DNA of 63,449 nt, counting the filler, from Salisapilia sapeloensis CBS 127946 (lineage: Eukaryota; Protista; Oomycota): assembly GCA_023334545.1 (NCBI GenBank). It is 8 parts of 8 records of this genome, joined end to end, with 100 filler letters (N's around TTAATTAATTAA, not from the genome) between each part and the next. Parts side by side here need not be neighbours in the genome. Positions count along the whole stretch, not along the records: positions 44,184 to 55,326 come from JAADVB010000435.1; positions 55,427 to 61,922 come from JAADVB010000558.1; 6 more parts are not named here. One strand, written 5' to 3'. Below the pieces are notes generated by a model. The model did no database searches. It saw nothing but the letters and a program-made list of their open reading frames with translations, and was not told the DNA's origin. This document shows, one piece after another, positions 44,322-56,781 of the stretch. The number at the start of each line of letters is the position of its first letter. Positions within the stretch are counted from its first letter, which is position 1. Position numbers and translations under genes: made by a program.

Positions 44322-47172
44322 GTTGGAGTAGTTTTATCAGAAATGTGTCGAACTTCAACACCGCGTCGGAAGTATGCTGTGAAAAGCTCATCGTATGCAC
44401 TTGAGCAATTAGTCGGTCGCAATGAATGGAATAGTGTTAAAACTTGTAAGCAATCCGGACTGGAAGTGCATATTTCTAGAGGGTATCGCCGTTAAAAGTA
44501 GCTTGTGGAAACCACCAAATAAATTATTAACGATAACGAGTAGAAACTCGCTCGACTTATGATATAAGATAGCTTACTACTCGACTGCAAAGATGCCGAA
44601 ACTGCAGGTGTACAGCCTTACATTCTGCTCGTTGCTACTATCATGCTGTGAATTTATCGCATTAATTTCGATCCGTTGTTGACATACTTCTAGAATAAAT
44701 ACATATCAAAGTTTCGCACTACGTTCCTTAACGCTGCATATTCCACTATTCGGTCTTGCATGCCCTTGAATGGGTTGGTGTTAAGAGTGCACGAATGCGA
44801 CAATGGCTAGAATTGATGTTTGTGATGTCAAGTATCGACACGATTTGTGAACTACGCAAAGATGCCAGTTATATCTGAAGGAGCATCGCTATATTTCCTA
44901 GAGTGTCATACGAATACAACGCTACCACCATCTACCAATTCCACTTGTTCTCGATGCAATATATGCACTTCTAGTAATGAGGCGGTAGTTTGAATACTCA
45001 TTGTGTTAGCTTTGTCATTATGAACATTGAGGGTACCGATATGCTTATGCTCTTCTTCCATAAAAAATCTCAGTGCAAAGTGCTAGATTCAAATATCTTT
45101 TTTCGTGCTCTTGATATGCTTTCTGCATGGTGCACATAATGCCAAAGCAATAAGTCTTTTTTCCAGGAAGATCAGCACCGACGTAGTTTTAGCATTTAGG
45201 TTGGTCACATCTTTAGTAGAAATGACAAAAGAGCCGATGCTTTAGGCGATCAGCAGTCTGAGTAGGCTGTAGTGAGCTCCGACACTTTGGAGATACGAGA
45301 TTGACACTTAGCTGAAATGTCGAGATGAAACCAAAAATATATTCCCTTGGCGGCACGCAGCCAAATGAATCAGTTACTCGATACCTCCGCAACGCTGCGC
45401 TCATCGTAAGGCTTTACTTAATGCAAGTAGTTTTACTTGAGCACTTCAACTCTACATGGAATAAGATCTTCATTTCAGCCACAAGCACGAGCACTTCATT
45501 GATCGCAGCCATAAATAGGCCAGTACTATTTATGCTTTATACAACAGACATTGCGTAGATCTTACCTCCGGTTGAACCAAAGAGTGATTTGGTGGCAGTG
45601 TAGAATGTCGAGTAGTCCTGTCACTGCTTCACTGTGGCCAGTTCATGCCAGTCCGTCCCATCGGTTGGCACATCTTGCGTTTAACACTATTCAAGTGTGG
45701 ACTGTCGACGTGAACAGCTTCGGCTGAAGCTTTGTTTAGCGCACCACCAGATTTTGCACGGAAGTTTGCCTCTGTAGAAGTACACGCGAGCCATCCAGCC
45801 GATCCTTGCCACAAATATATCACGACAAACTTGTAGATCTGGCACTTGGCTCTCGCATAAATTATGCTGGGTGTCCATAGAAGATAGGTGTGTTCATGAG
45901 CTTCGAATGCTAACGAGAATGTGGTGCGACAAGAATATAAAAGAGACTAAGCTGTAGTTTACGTTTTCCATTCCATGAATCCCTCCGACACAGCACGATC
46001 AAACACATGAAGATATTGCGTTTATCAAAATCACAGATATATGCTGGGCAGCAAAGGCTGCGTGTGCGTGTCGCTTCTGTGCGAGGACCGTGCGAATGGA
46101 TAAGATTCTATTTTTTGTTTCCCGTACGAGATTGACTGCTCCCACTGATGTCTATGCTCTTCGCGTAGAAGTGTGCCTTCTGTCATCAAATCATTAGGCA
46201 GGATGAAAGTGGAAAACTTTCGCATCACGTCAAACATTCGCAGGTGATGTTGTGGAGCTGTGTCTGTTGCTATCGCGACGTCGGCAATTGGAGTATCCGG
46301 TCGTAACAATGGAATCAAGCTTTGACAGGGCACATAGAGCATGATAAAATTTGGGTTTTCTAATGCAATGGGAACCTTGAAAGGCATTCAACGCGAAGAA
46401 CGAGCGCGACGAATTAGCTACGAAGTGTACCCATTCTACTGGGTACTTCAAGGACATCTGGGTGATCTGTCGGTAGTGGCTTCAGCACCACTGGGGCCAG
46501 AAATATGAGATGATGAGCGTTCTGGTGCTTTCCGCTCAGCGTTGAGAGCATAATTCTGGTGCATGATTTATCGCAAAGACTTTCATGGCATGCAGTTATT
46601 TCCATGATAAGCACTACAAATTCTACAAGAAATTTGCTATTTTCCATGTTCGAGCCCCGAGATACTTGGGTCGGAACGGGCTGCTCGGTCCTCGACTTTC
46701 CCATCACCCTAATAGTCATATCTGAAGTACAAGTTTCCTATCTCAAGAAGTATCTTATATTCAGGAAACCTTTGCAAGGTTACAAAGAATAGCATACTCG
46801 CAAAAGCAGAACTCCTGATGTAAAGTCTTGTTAAAGTTCATAATGTGGCCATGCTCACGGCGATTGCAGGACAAGACATACCTTTATATCCTTGGCTCAT
46901 GTCTACAAGAATTATAAGCATGATGCAGTGCACCGAGCCTACTATAGCTTTTATAAACTATTTAATCAAGAATCTCGTACGCATGCTGATGGAGAGGCCA
47001 TGACACGCTTGATACAGTGTCCAGAAAAGCAGAGCAAAATCGAAGGAACCTGTCATCGAATGCAACGTGACAAAGCCCCCGCTAGTTCAATGACTCAGTA
47101 CTACGTGACAGGACGAGGTTGCCACTCGCACAAAAACAGGATTCCAATAGAGCAAGCGCTGCTCCGAAGACT

Positions 47173-47186
47173 TCATTCCCAAATTT
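47173..47186 (+). promoter_or_regulatory. Oomycete INR/FPR core promoter
   Basis: TCATTCCCAAATTT fits YCATTYBNNNWTTY, 40 nt upstream of ATG 47226. Confidence 0.6.
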
Positions 47187-47225
47187 GCTCCGGACACCAT
47201 AAGCAGTCTCTAGAATCATATCGGG

Positions 47226-48686
47226 ATGACGACTGGAGGCGATGCCAACCTCGGCCCAGGCCTTGAAGAGGGTCTCATCTCACCTGGCACCAAACTTCCG
47301 CAGGATAGCTTCACTCCGAACGAGCAGGAGCCTGAGAAGGAGGACAAGGTCAGTGCACCCTTCTGGACACTCGTAGCCATCTCGCTTCCTCGGCTTCCCA
47401 CTCAGATGGCGTGGGCCGCTCAGTGGGCTGCTCTCGGACCGTACTTGAGTACCATGCTTCCAAAATCGGCCGTCCAAGCCACACAGCTCATTGGACCGCT
47501 TTCGGGTATATTGGTCGCTCCGATCACTGGTGTCTTCAGTGATAAGAGCACAAACCCATACGGCCGTCGTCGCCCACTTCTTGTCGGTGGTGCAATTACG
47601 AGTGCTATTTGCTGGACTTTGATGGGATTTACGCGTGAGATGGGCGAGGCCTGTGGTGACTACGGTGATGGTACGGGCCCAACCAGTCGTACGTTCACTG
47701 CCATGTTCACGATCATCTTCTACATTTGGATGGATATCACGGTCAATGTGGTCATGACGCCTGGATTCCTGATTATTGCCGACTTTGCAGGAAATCGACA
47801 GACACTTGGAGCTTCCATGGGTCAGAGCTGGTCGACACTCGGTTCGATTCTGATTGCTGTCTACATTGAAGCGTTCGGTTCTGCCTATCTGACGATCCAC
47901 TGGTTCCTCGGCATGCTCTCCGTCTTGATGATTGTCTGCGTTGGCATTTGCTGCGTTTTTGCCAAAGAGAAGCCACTCGAGAAGCCTGAGCACTCGGAGT
48001 CTGCTATTAGACAGATCGCGGACGCCTTCTACCAGATATACTATGGTATCAAGACTCTCACTGGACCGCTCATCGTCTATTGGATCGTCTTCTTGCTTAC
48101 CCAATACGGATACACTGCGTACAATGGTAACAAGGGACAGTTCTTCGGGCTTGAGGTGTACGACGGTCAGGCCGAAGGTGCTGACGCTTGTGGCGACAAT
48201 TGCTCGGAGGCGCAGCAGAATTACAACGATGGCGTCCAGATCGCTGGTGGCCGCGCCGACCTTCTTTTCAACATCGTCGGGTACTTGGTCTCCTGGGTCA
48301 TTCCATTCTCCGTCGCCAAGTTTGGCGCCAAGTGGACGCTCGCGGTCGCGCTAGTCTTTATGTGCTCGCTCGTCGGCCTCGCCTTCACGCGAAACACCAG
48401 CCTTGCCGTCTTCTTCGTCGCGATCACTGGTATCTCCCAGTCTGTCGTCTTCGCCCTAATGGTCCCGCTCATCGTCCACGTCTTCGGAGATGATAACATT
48501 GGAGTCTACGTCGGCGCACTGAACTCTGCCAACGCCGCAGGACAACTGATAAATTTCCTCGTAGGCACGGGAATTGTGAACACGTCCATGGGGTACCAGC
48601 TTCCGGTGCTGCTCGGTGGTATTCTGTGCACGATCGCGTTCTTCGTGACCGTATTCTTTCTCAAATTGGAGATGTACTCCATGTAA
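47226..48686 (+). CDS. GPH-family (SUT/SUC/SLC45-like) sugar:H+ symporter, copy 1
   Basis: Intronless, about 12 TM; QMAWAAQWAALGPYL, GVFSD..YGRRRP, WMDITVN, IIADFAG, GVYVGALNSAN. Confidence 0.88.
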   Translation: MTTGGDANLGPGLEEGLISPGTKLPQDSFTPNEQEPEKEDKVSAPFWTLVAISLPRLPTQMAWAAQWAALGPYLSTMLPKSAVQATQLIGPLSGILVAPITGVFSDKSTNPYGRRRPLLVGGAITSAICWTLMGFTREMGEACGDYGDGTGPTSRTFTAMFTIIFYIWMDITVNVVMTPGFLIIADFAGNRQTLGASMGQSWSTLGSILIAVYIEAFGSAYLTIHWFLGMLSVLMIVCVGICCVFAKEKPLEKPEHSESAIRQIADAFYQIYYGIKTLTGPLIVYWIVFLLTQYGYTAYNGNKGQFFGLEVYDGQAEGADACGDNCSEAQQNYNDGVQIAGGRADLLFNIVGYLVSWVIPFSVAKFGAKWTLAVALVFMCSLVGLAFTRNTSLAVFFVAITGISQSVVFALMVPLIVHVFGDDNIGVYVGALNSANAAGQLINFLVGTGIVNTSMGYQLPVLLGGILCTIAFFVTVFFLKLEMYSM

Positions 48687-49493
48687 GAGGAGTTGGTGGG
48701 ATATCTCGAAAGCCATGGAGCAATTTCCCGGTCTTGATGGCGTAGTCGATATCTACGCAGATACCGTCAGCCTTGGCTTTCAATCAAAAATGAATGAATT
48801 TGTGCATGCTCTTGATTCTTTATGTTTGTTTCAAGTGTAAATGCATACAATCGTGATCGCTTGACTGGGAAGTTATGGTAGAGCTTGCACACTCATCTGA
48901 AGGATGTAGCCTATTCCCGTTGCGCCAAGGTCTTTTCTGGCTTCCATGAAATTGCTTCAGTGGTAACTTGGTAATCTAGGCCTACCGACTATTGGGTACG
49001 GCTATTGCAAATTAAACTTCGTAAAAGTCATCAGTCGTAGTATTTTTCATCTTTGTGGCTATCGGGTACCACAACTACTCGAACGGCAGGATGCTAGAGC
49101 CTCGTTCCACGCTTCTATCCTTTCGATGCATATTTATCTCGAAGGTTATTCGATATCAGGACGGACTAAGTAATCGTTGTTGCAACTAAAACCAACAATA
49201 ACATATTCTTTGAGCTTGCTCCATTGTCTCACATAAGTAGAAGCTACGGGTGAGATCGTAGTTGCCCTTCGTACCGAATCTATTCTTGTCCGCAATGCCA
49301 TCGTGATAGAAAGAATCTTCCAGGAAAGTTCAAGGCAGATCTGTAAACTGAAACACTCGCATATCACAAACTAACAAAACGGAAGGATGCGAGTTAAATC
49401 GTCAAACAACATGTATTTGTGCTAGCACTTTCAGCTTTATCGTCTGTCATGACAGGCGATGGCTTATCCACACACATCCACCATTTGGATCGC

Positions 49494-50930
49494 CTACATG
49501 GAGAACATCTTGACCTTGAAGAAGAAGATGCCAAAGACCACGCCGACGAAACTGAAGACGCCACCAATGAACACCGGCAGCTTGTAGCCCATGGACGTTT
49601 CCACGATACCCGTGCCAATGATGAAGTTGATCAGCTGTCCTAGGCAGTTGGCCGAGTTCAAGGCACCGACATAGATACCAATGTCTCCGTCACCTCCAAA
49701 GACGTGGACGATGAACGGTACCATCAAGGCGAAGATGACACATTGGGAGATACCCGTGACGACGACCCAGAAGACGGCGAGGCTGACGTTGGTCGTGAAG
49801 GCAAGAGCCATCAAGCACGACTGCGGGACGAGCGCAATGACGAGGGTCCACTTGCCGCCGACCTTGCTAACAATGAACGGCAAGATCCACGAGATGATGT
49901 AGCCGACGATGTTGAAAAGAAGGTCGGCGCGGCCACCAGCGATCTGGACACCATCGTTGTAATTCTGCTGCGCTTCCGAGCACCTGTCGCCACAGGCGTC
50001 AGCACCTTCCGGTTCACCATCGTACACTTCCATACCAAAGAACTGTCCCTTGTTTCCGTTGTACGCCGTGTAACCGTACTGGACACAGAAGAAGATGAAG
50101 CAGAAGACGAGTAGCTGCCTCGGGAGGATCTTAAAGCCGTGGTAGATGGCGTAGAACGCTTCCTTGACGCGAGTGCAGGCCGACTCTTCGTCGTCCACAC
50201 GCTCCAACGGCTTCTCCTTGGCAACGATGCAGCAAACGGCAACGGTCACGAGCATCAAGATCGCAAGCATCGACAAGAAGTAGAGCAGCGAGTTATGGGC
50301 AGGGCCGAAGATCTCGATGTACGCAGCAATAAGGATGGATCCGAGCGTTGACCAGCCTTGACCGAGCGACTGAGCCAACGTCGGGCGGTCTCCGGCAAAG
50401 TCAGCAATGATGAGGAAGGACGGAGTCTGGACGACATTTACTGTGATGTCCATCCAGGCGTAGAAAATGACGGTCAGGACGGCCGTAACCGGACGATGGG
50501 TCTTCGTTCCTTCGCTTCCATCACCATAGTCACCAGCGGCTTCACCAAAGTCACGGGTGAAGCCCATGAGGATGTAGCAGATCGCCGAGAGGACAGCAGC
50601 GATCGCCAAGAACGGACGACGGCGACCCCACTTGCTTGTGGAACGGTCACTGAAGACACCGATGACTGGAGCGACGAGGATACCGGTGACAGGACCGATG
50701 ATCTGGGTCAGCTGGACGGCAAACTTGGGCAGCATCGTACCAAGGTACGGTCCGAGCGCAGCCCACTGGGCAGCCCAGGCCATTTGAATGGCTAGACGAG
50801 GAAGGGAGATAGCGAGCAGGGCGATGAAGGAAGCTCCTTGGTTGGGCTTGGTCGTGGCACCGTCAGCAATGTCGGGCGAGTTCATCCCCTCATAGGTGGG
50901 CGTCTGCGCCTCAGGATCCTTGTGCGACAT
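49494..50930 (-). CDS. GPH-family sugar symporter, copy 2
   Basis: Same motifs (QMAWAAQWAALGPYL, SDRSTSKWGRRRPF, WMDITVN, GIYVGALNSAN). Confidence 0.88.
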   Translation of the reverse strand: MSHKDPEAQTPTYEGMNSPDIADGATTKPNQGASFIALLAISLPRLAIQMAWAAQWAALGPYLGTMLPKFAVQLTQIIGPVTGILVAPVIGVFSDRSTSKWGRRRPFLAIAAVLSAICYILMGFTRDFGEAAGDYGDGSEGTKTHRPVTAVLTVIFYAWMDITVNVVQTPSFLIIADFAGDRPTLAQSLGQGWSTLGSILIAAYIEIFGPAHNSLLYFLSMLAILMLVTVAVCCIVAKEKPLERVDDEESACTRVKEAFYAIYHGFKILPRQLLVFCFIFFCVQYGYTAYNGNKGQFFGMEVYDGEPEGADACGDRCSEAQQNYNDGVQIAGGRADLLFNIVGYIISWILPFIVSKVGGKWTLVIALVPQSCLMALAFTTNVSLAVFWVVVTGISQCVIFALMVPFIVHVFGGDGDIGIYVGALNSANCLGQLINFIIGTGIVETSMGYKLPVFIGGVFSFVGVVFGIFFFKVKMFSM

Positions 50931-50967
50931 CTTGTTAGGGTTGGAAGCTGCTTGAGATGTCGGCGGA

Positions 50968-50981
50968 GAATTGGAGAATGA
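50968..50981 (-). promoter_or_regulatory. Oomycete INR/FPR core promoter
   Basis: Minus strand TCATTCTCCAATTC, 38 nt upstream of ATG 50930. Confidence 0.6.
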
Positions 50982-52173
50982 GGACTAGACAGCGAGCGAC
51001 CAAACCGTGGGGATGGCGTCGTGCCTGGAGTGGGATTACCACGATACAGCTGGACATGCTGATTTATTCTTCATTTGTATGGTGCGAAAAGGAAGCGAGG
51101 GTACGCCATTGAAGTTTGGTTTCTTGCTGGGTTCAGTCCCTTGGTTATGAAGATAGATGGAGCGGATGCATAGATCATCGATTGTAACTTTTCTTTTCTA
51201 ATAGAAGTCGACTTCCTTCCCACCGGAAAGCTCATGTATTAATGTCGGATTAAGATGACGAGTATGTGGTAAGTCCGACTACGAGACAGGCGCGGCTTCT
51301 TACTGGTAATCATAGCATGCACCGGAAGAGCGCGACCAGGCTTGGGAACCACGACGCAATTGTATACCAGAAATGTGTCCTTCTTTTTTGAGAGAGGCAG
51401 GATCCAATCCAGCGACATTGCTCACACAGCGACGAGCATAGGTGCTCAAGGACCCATTTTAGTAAGTAGATGTGTCCTGTCGCACCGTTATGAACGCACC
51501 AAGGCACGAAAATGATACACAGCGCCTTCTATGTGCGTGACGGGGAGGCGATGTGGAGCCAGTAACGTCACCCAAGTTCAACCATTTGGCCGATAAAGGG
51601 TCGATTGTACCCAGCTAAAGATATCCACCTAGCACTCGTATTGGCCTCGCGTACCCTCTAACAGCGAAGCTAATGACCCGCCGAGTCCTGTCGACACCAT
51701 CCGCGTGGTTGACAGCATCTCATGAACGGCAGAGACTCCACTCGCAGTCTTTCTCGTCGCAAATCTGGTGATTTGCAATGCAACTTCGCACCTCCACGTC
51801 ACGAGACACCAGACAAACTCTGCATTATCGCTTCCGCGCGAAATTGTGGAAGGATCGACTAGCTCAAGTCGCTTTGGATCTCAGCAAATGTCAGGTATCG
51901 GCATAAAACAGATAAATGGAAACCTGCATCCAGGTGGACAAGCTGTGCCAAGAACGCTAGAGCTTCGTACGCCGAGAACGTCTTAAGCTTGAAGAAGAGC
52001 GCAGTATCAAGCTTCGTTCGACAGGCTGCAGTCTCGACGTTACCATCACTTCGTGAAAGCATGATAGCATTGATTAGCTCACATCGCTACCGGTTAGAAC
52101 AAACAAGTCTCGACATAAAACATATACACAGAAATTGTATTGAGATGAGCAAATGGCATCAAGCCAGAGCATC

Positions 52174-53628
52174 TTACATCGAGTACATCTTAAGCTTGAG
52201 GAAGATCGCGGTGACGAGCGTTGCACAGGCGCTGAAAATGCCTCCGAGCATCACAGGGAGCTTGTAGCCCATGGAAGTGTTGACGATTCCCGTCCCGATA
52301 AGGAAGTTCACAAGTTGACCTCCAGAGTTGGCCGAGTTCAAAGCTCCGACGTAGACACCGATGTTCTCGGTTCCGAAGACGTGGACGATCAATGGGACCA
52401 TAAGTGCGAAGATGACACACTGCGAGATACCGCAAATGGCAACCCAGAAGATTGCCAATGAAACATTCGTCGTGTAGGCGAGGACGATGAGCGAAGCCTG
52501 GGGGATAAGTGCGACCGCGAGAGTCCACTTGGCGCCAAACCATTTGACGAAGAATGGGAGGATCCACGAAATGGCGTACCCGGCAATGTTAAAGATGAGG
52601 TCGGCACGACCGCCAGCAGTCTGGACACCCTCGTTGTAATCGATCTGGGCCTGATTACAGTGGTCGTTACAGTTGTCAGCACCTTCTGACTGGCCGCCAT
52701 ATACCTCAAGCCCGAAGAACTGTCCCTTGTTACCGTTGTATGCCGTGTATCCAAACTGAATGAGGAAGAAGACGATCCAGTAGACGATGAGCGGTCCAGT
52801 GAGCGTCTTGATACCGTAGTAAATCTGGTAGAAGGCACCCCCGATCTGCTTTAAAATTGGTTCCGTCGTCTCGGGCTTCTCAAGCGGTACTTCTTTTGCG
52901 CAGTAGCAGCAGATGCCGACGGTTATGATCATCACAACGGAGAGCATACCGAGGAACCAGTGGATCGTCAGATAGGCAGAGCCAAAGGCTTCAATATAAA
53001 CCGAGACGAGAATCTGACCGAGCGTCGACCATCCTTGGCCGAGAGAAGCGCCAAGCGTTTGACGTTCGCCAGCAAAGTCAGCGATGATAAGAAATCCAGG
53101 CGTCATGACGATATTGACTGTAATGTCCATCCAGATGTAGAAGATGATGGTGAAGACAGCGGTGTATGTTCGGTCGGTGGGTCCCGTGCCGTCACCGTAA
53201 TCACCACAGGCCTCGCCCATCTCACGCGTGTACCCCATCAAGGTCCAACAAATGGCACTTGTAATGGCTCCGAAGACAAGGTACGGACGACGACGACCCC
53301 ATTTGCTCGTGCAGCTATCACTGAAGACACCAATGATGGGACAGACGATGATACCTGAAAGCGGTCCGATGAGCTGCGTGGCCTGGACGGCTGCGTTTGG
53401 AAGCATGGTACTCAAGTAGGGCCCAATGGCAGCCCACTGGGCGGCCCAAGCCATGTTGGCTGCGAGTCGAGGAACGGCGATAGCTAGAAGCATCAAGAAG
53501 GACACACCGGTGTCTTCCTTCTTTACATCATCGACTGGCGTATCGACTTGGCTGGGCAGCTTGGTGCCAGGTGAGATAAGTCCTTGTTCGAGGCCAGAGC
53601 CGAGATTAGCGTCGCCTCCGGTTGTCAT
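52174..53628 (-). CDS. GPH-family sugar symporter, copy 3 (closest to copy 1)
   Basis: MTTGGDANLGSGLEQGLISPGTKLP versus copy 1 MTTGGDANLGPGLEEGLISPGTKLP; same family motifs. Confidence 0.88.
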   Translation of the reverse strand: MTTGGDANLGSGLEQGLISPGTKLPSQVDTPVDDVKKEDTGVSFLMLLAIAVPRLAANMAWAAQWAAIGPYLSTMLPNAAVQATQLIGPLSGIIVCPIIGVFSDSCTSKWGRRRPYLVFGAITSAICWTLMGYTREMGEACGDYGDGTGPTDRTYTAVFTIIFYIWMDITVNIVMTPGFLIIADFAGERQTLGASLGQGWSTLGQILVSVYIEAFGSAYLTIHWFLGMLSVVMIITVGICCYCAKEVPLEKPETTEPILKQIGGAFYQIYYGIKTLTGPLIVYWIVFFLIQFGYTAYNGNKGQFFGLEVYGGQSEGADNCNDHCNQAQIDYNEGVQTAGGRADLIFNIAGYAISWILPFFVKWFGAKWTLAVALIPQASLIVLAYTTNVSLAIFWVAICGISQCVIFALMVPLIVHVFGTENIGVYVGALNSANSGGQLVNFLIGTGIVNTSMGYKLPVMLGGIFSACATLVTAIFLKLKMYSM

Positions 53629-53677
53629 CCTTTCCAGACCTTAAGTGTTGCTGATGCTGACGTCTGGAATAGGAAGG

Positions 53678-53691
53678 AAAATGGAGAATGG
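53678..53691 (-). promoter_or_regulatory. Oomycete INR/FPR core promoter
   Basis: Minus strand CCATTCTCCATTTT, 50 nt upstream of ATG 53628. Confidence 0.55.
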
Positions 53692-55326
53692 AATTATCGA
53701 TCCTTAGCTGGTATGTCACCACTCCTCGCAGCTTGTGCATGTATTCAATGAATCGTTATTACGGTTCCAGCTTCAAGGATAGGAAACAGAAGGAGCTGGA
53801 TTCCAATTGCTCGATATCATTCCGGTCGTACCGACGTCTGCTTCCCAAGAGTTTATGCGAGTGCATTTACCACGGACTCGGAACTGGCCAAAGGTTCCCT
53901 CCAAACATACAGTATAGTTGCTGTTGATGAAGGTCGCAGGATATCGCCAAGGTGGTCTGATGGGAGGAAGAGCCGGTGATACGCGATGTAAAGTCGCATC
54001 TGTTTGCGTATACCACAGTACGAGAAACCACGAAGTGTTTGGTGACAGCAGCGTCTCGACACATGGGCGTCAAGATAGGAGTATCAGTTACTGCTTTTAC
54101 GGATTGCCATGAAGGATGACTGCATTGATATGCTAAAGAGAGGATACATAAAAAGCAAATCTATACTTGGAACTATCGGAGACGAAGCAAATATCGCTGA
54201 AGACTGAAGATTGACGGAAGTTCAGAAACAGGTTTCGGTGTGGGTTGGCTAGTATTGATAGTCCCGTCGAGTTACGGTTGCACAAAGTCGATACATCTGA
54301 CAAGCATCCTGTCGAAGATGTCAGTATCCGATAACGTATCATCGCATAGCTAGTTGGTTCCATTATTTTAATCAGCATAATGTATCGATCGAAAGAGTGC
54401 TAGATAATTCAATCAGCTCTTTTGCTATAGCCATGGTACGCATGGTGACAGTATGGTTTACATAGCGCACAATGCCAATCGCAAATAGCTAGGGTTTGAT
54501 GACCGCAGAGCGGCACATCTATTTGAAGCTAGTGAAAGGATGCACTTCAAGCAGATGGCTTTCACTGAGTCAAGGAACTACGATACATCAGTCTTACGGA
54601 ATGAGAAGGCGCCACAAGTGACACGCCGCTATAATAGACCAAGAACGACGTGTCGGCCTCGGTGAAAAATCTGGTACATACGGCATCAAGGAAGACGTTT
54701 GTCGCGGTCGAACTGCTTCATGACGCTCAATTATGCTTATCAGTAGCTGAAATGCACCAGCACATTTTTTATAATAACAGGATAATCTGCTTAAGCCCTC
54801 CACATCAGATTGTATGGTCTTTGAAACTGATATGCAAGCTTAAATTCCCCGTCGGAACCTAGCACGCCTTGAAGGACGTGGCATGTGCTAACTCTACAGG
54901 CGTGAGCACGTACGATTTGATAACATTGATGTTATCAGAAATTACTTTTTACCATTTCGTCTCCGATTTTAGAGTGGATATATTTCACCATTTAAAATAT
55001 ATTAGTCTACTTTGATATTTTAAAGCGGAGGAAGGCACAAATGAACATTACTGTCTTGCTTGGCCATCAATGCATTCGCCATTTCATACTTGCATGCAAA
55101 CGAAACGTTTGTAAAGCTATAGCCGTTTCCAAGGATACAGAGAAAACATCACAACCTCGATAAAGTAGAGACTTTAGCTTTCAGGATGAACTGATCGAAA
55201 ACAGGCGCTTTGAGAGGTGGTGAACAGGATGTTGGTGGTGAAGGTTAGTCGATAGCAGGTTGTGGACGAGGGTATTCAGGCTAGTTCCAAAGCGATGGAT
55301 TTCTTCATGGCATAAGCCATTCTTGA

Positions 55327-55426
55327 NNNNNNNNNNNNNNNNNNNNNNNNNNNNNNNNNNNNNNNNNNNNTTAATTAATTAANNNNNNNNNNNNNNNNNN
55401 NNNNNNNNNNNNNNNNNNNNNNNNNN
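55327..55426. other. Artificial contig linker
   Basis: 44 N + TTAATTAATTAA + 44 N. Confidence 0.97.
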
Positions 55427-55450
55427 AGCTCCTTCCTGTCTAAGCACAAC

Positions 55451-56110
55451 CTAGCTTGAAATCGACTGATGCAGAGAACCTTGGACGGTTCTTCGATTGT
55501 TCCAGTACGTAGCTCTCGTGAGATTTTGAATGGTTTTCTCAGAATCGAAACTTGTCCAAGACATAACATCATCCGTTGCAGTTTGACCATACTTACCTAT
55601 CACGTTCGGACTCGCTCCCCAATCGGCTAACAGTTTCACGATATTTGACCTTCCTGCTGCTGCGGTGCGATATAGTGGCGTATTACCATCTTCATCCTGT
55701 CTATCTATGTCTGCACCATTTTGTAGTAACAGGTTAATAACCTTCGCACGTCCGCTCCCTGCAGCAAGATGAAGAGGACAGCGACGATTTAAAGTGTGCC
55801 CATCAATGTTCGCTCGATTCTCTAGCAGCAGACGTGCCACCTCCACAAGCCCATTCTCGGCAGCCATGTGAAGCGGAGTGGAACCGTAAGCATCCTGAGT
55901 ATGGACGCCTGATTCATGTTGTAACAACAACTCTACCACTTTGACACGACCCCCTGACGCTGCCTTTATTAATGGTGACCCCGAAATGCCCTTCTCTTCA
56001 TCCTTATAATCCTCGTTGCCACCTTCTTAAAGTGTCTTGCGAACGCCTTCTACATCCCCAGCTTTTGCATACTCCCATAGCTTTCCATTCATGCTTTTAA
56101 GCATAGCCAT
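55451..56110 (-). pseudogene. Ankyrin-repeat gene with one in-frame TAA
   Basis: MAMLKSMNGKLWEYAKAGDVEGVRKTL*EGGNEDYKDEEKGISGSPLIKAASGGRVKVVELLL..GSTPLHMAA..CPLHLAA..GNTPLYRTAA; single stop at 56027-56029 in an otherwise continuous frame. Confidence 0.8.
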
Positions 56111-56205
56111 AACCAGTTTTTTGGTAACAAGAAGATATATAGGCAATGGAAGCTTGGGCTTAGAAGATCGAAATAGGAAATGCATCTTGTGCTGGAGCAA
56201 GGGAT

Positions 56206-56345
56206 TTCTTGAAGCCTCTTGGGACACTCCAAGATGACAGCAGATACAGATCCGGCTCATCAGAGAAACCAGAATGACTCAATAACTTGGGCACTCGATA
56301 CCACTGTTGAAGCAGTTATCATAAGGACTGGCTACATATTCTATA
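56206..56345 (+). repeat. Diverged direct repeat, copy 1
   Basis: 56241-56345 aligns ungapped to 61246-61350 (84/105 identical by hand count); similarity extends about 35 nt upstream. Confidence 0.8.
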
Positions 56346-56781
56346 TTAGGATGTTTCAGACATTCGATTTTTTGTCATTTTCTCGAGCCATCTTTTGGCA
56401 AAAATCACTCCAAGAAATGCGCTTCTGGAGATGCATCTTTCGAGCGGTCTCTTTCCAAGAGTAGTTTTATGTTTACTTGTCAAAATCGATATACTAATTT
56501 TAAGAAAGAAGTATATTTTAAGAGGTGGGCTTTGGAAAGGTCGCGCAGGCTGACAGACACTTCAAACCACGCGGGAACGGGGTGTATGGAAACCTGGACT
56601 GTGCCGTGCGATTCGACAAGTCTAGTGCATCGTCATGGAGCATAAAGACACACTGATGCTTCGACTTTAAGCAACGCACATGTCTGGACGATTAGAATAG
56701 CACGAGGAGTCAATGCGGGCATAGAAAATGAGCTCGCTGTCTGGTAAAATTGAAAATAAAGAAGCGATTTCGCTGCCATTA

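Noticed and set aside
18739-53628. Maa acetyltransferase plus sugar transporters as a physical sugar-utilisation cluster
   Set aside because: They lie on different contigs joined by artificial linkers; linkage is unsupported.
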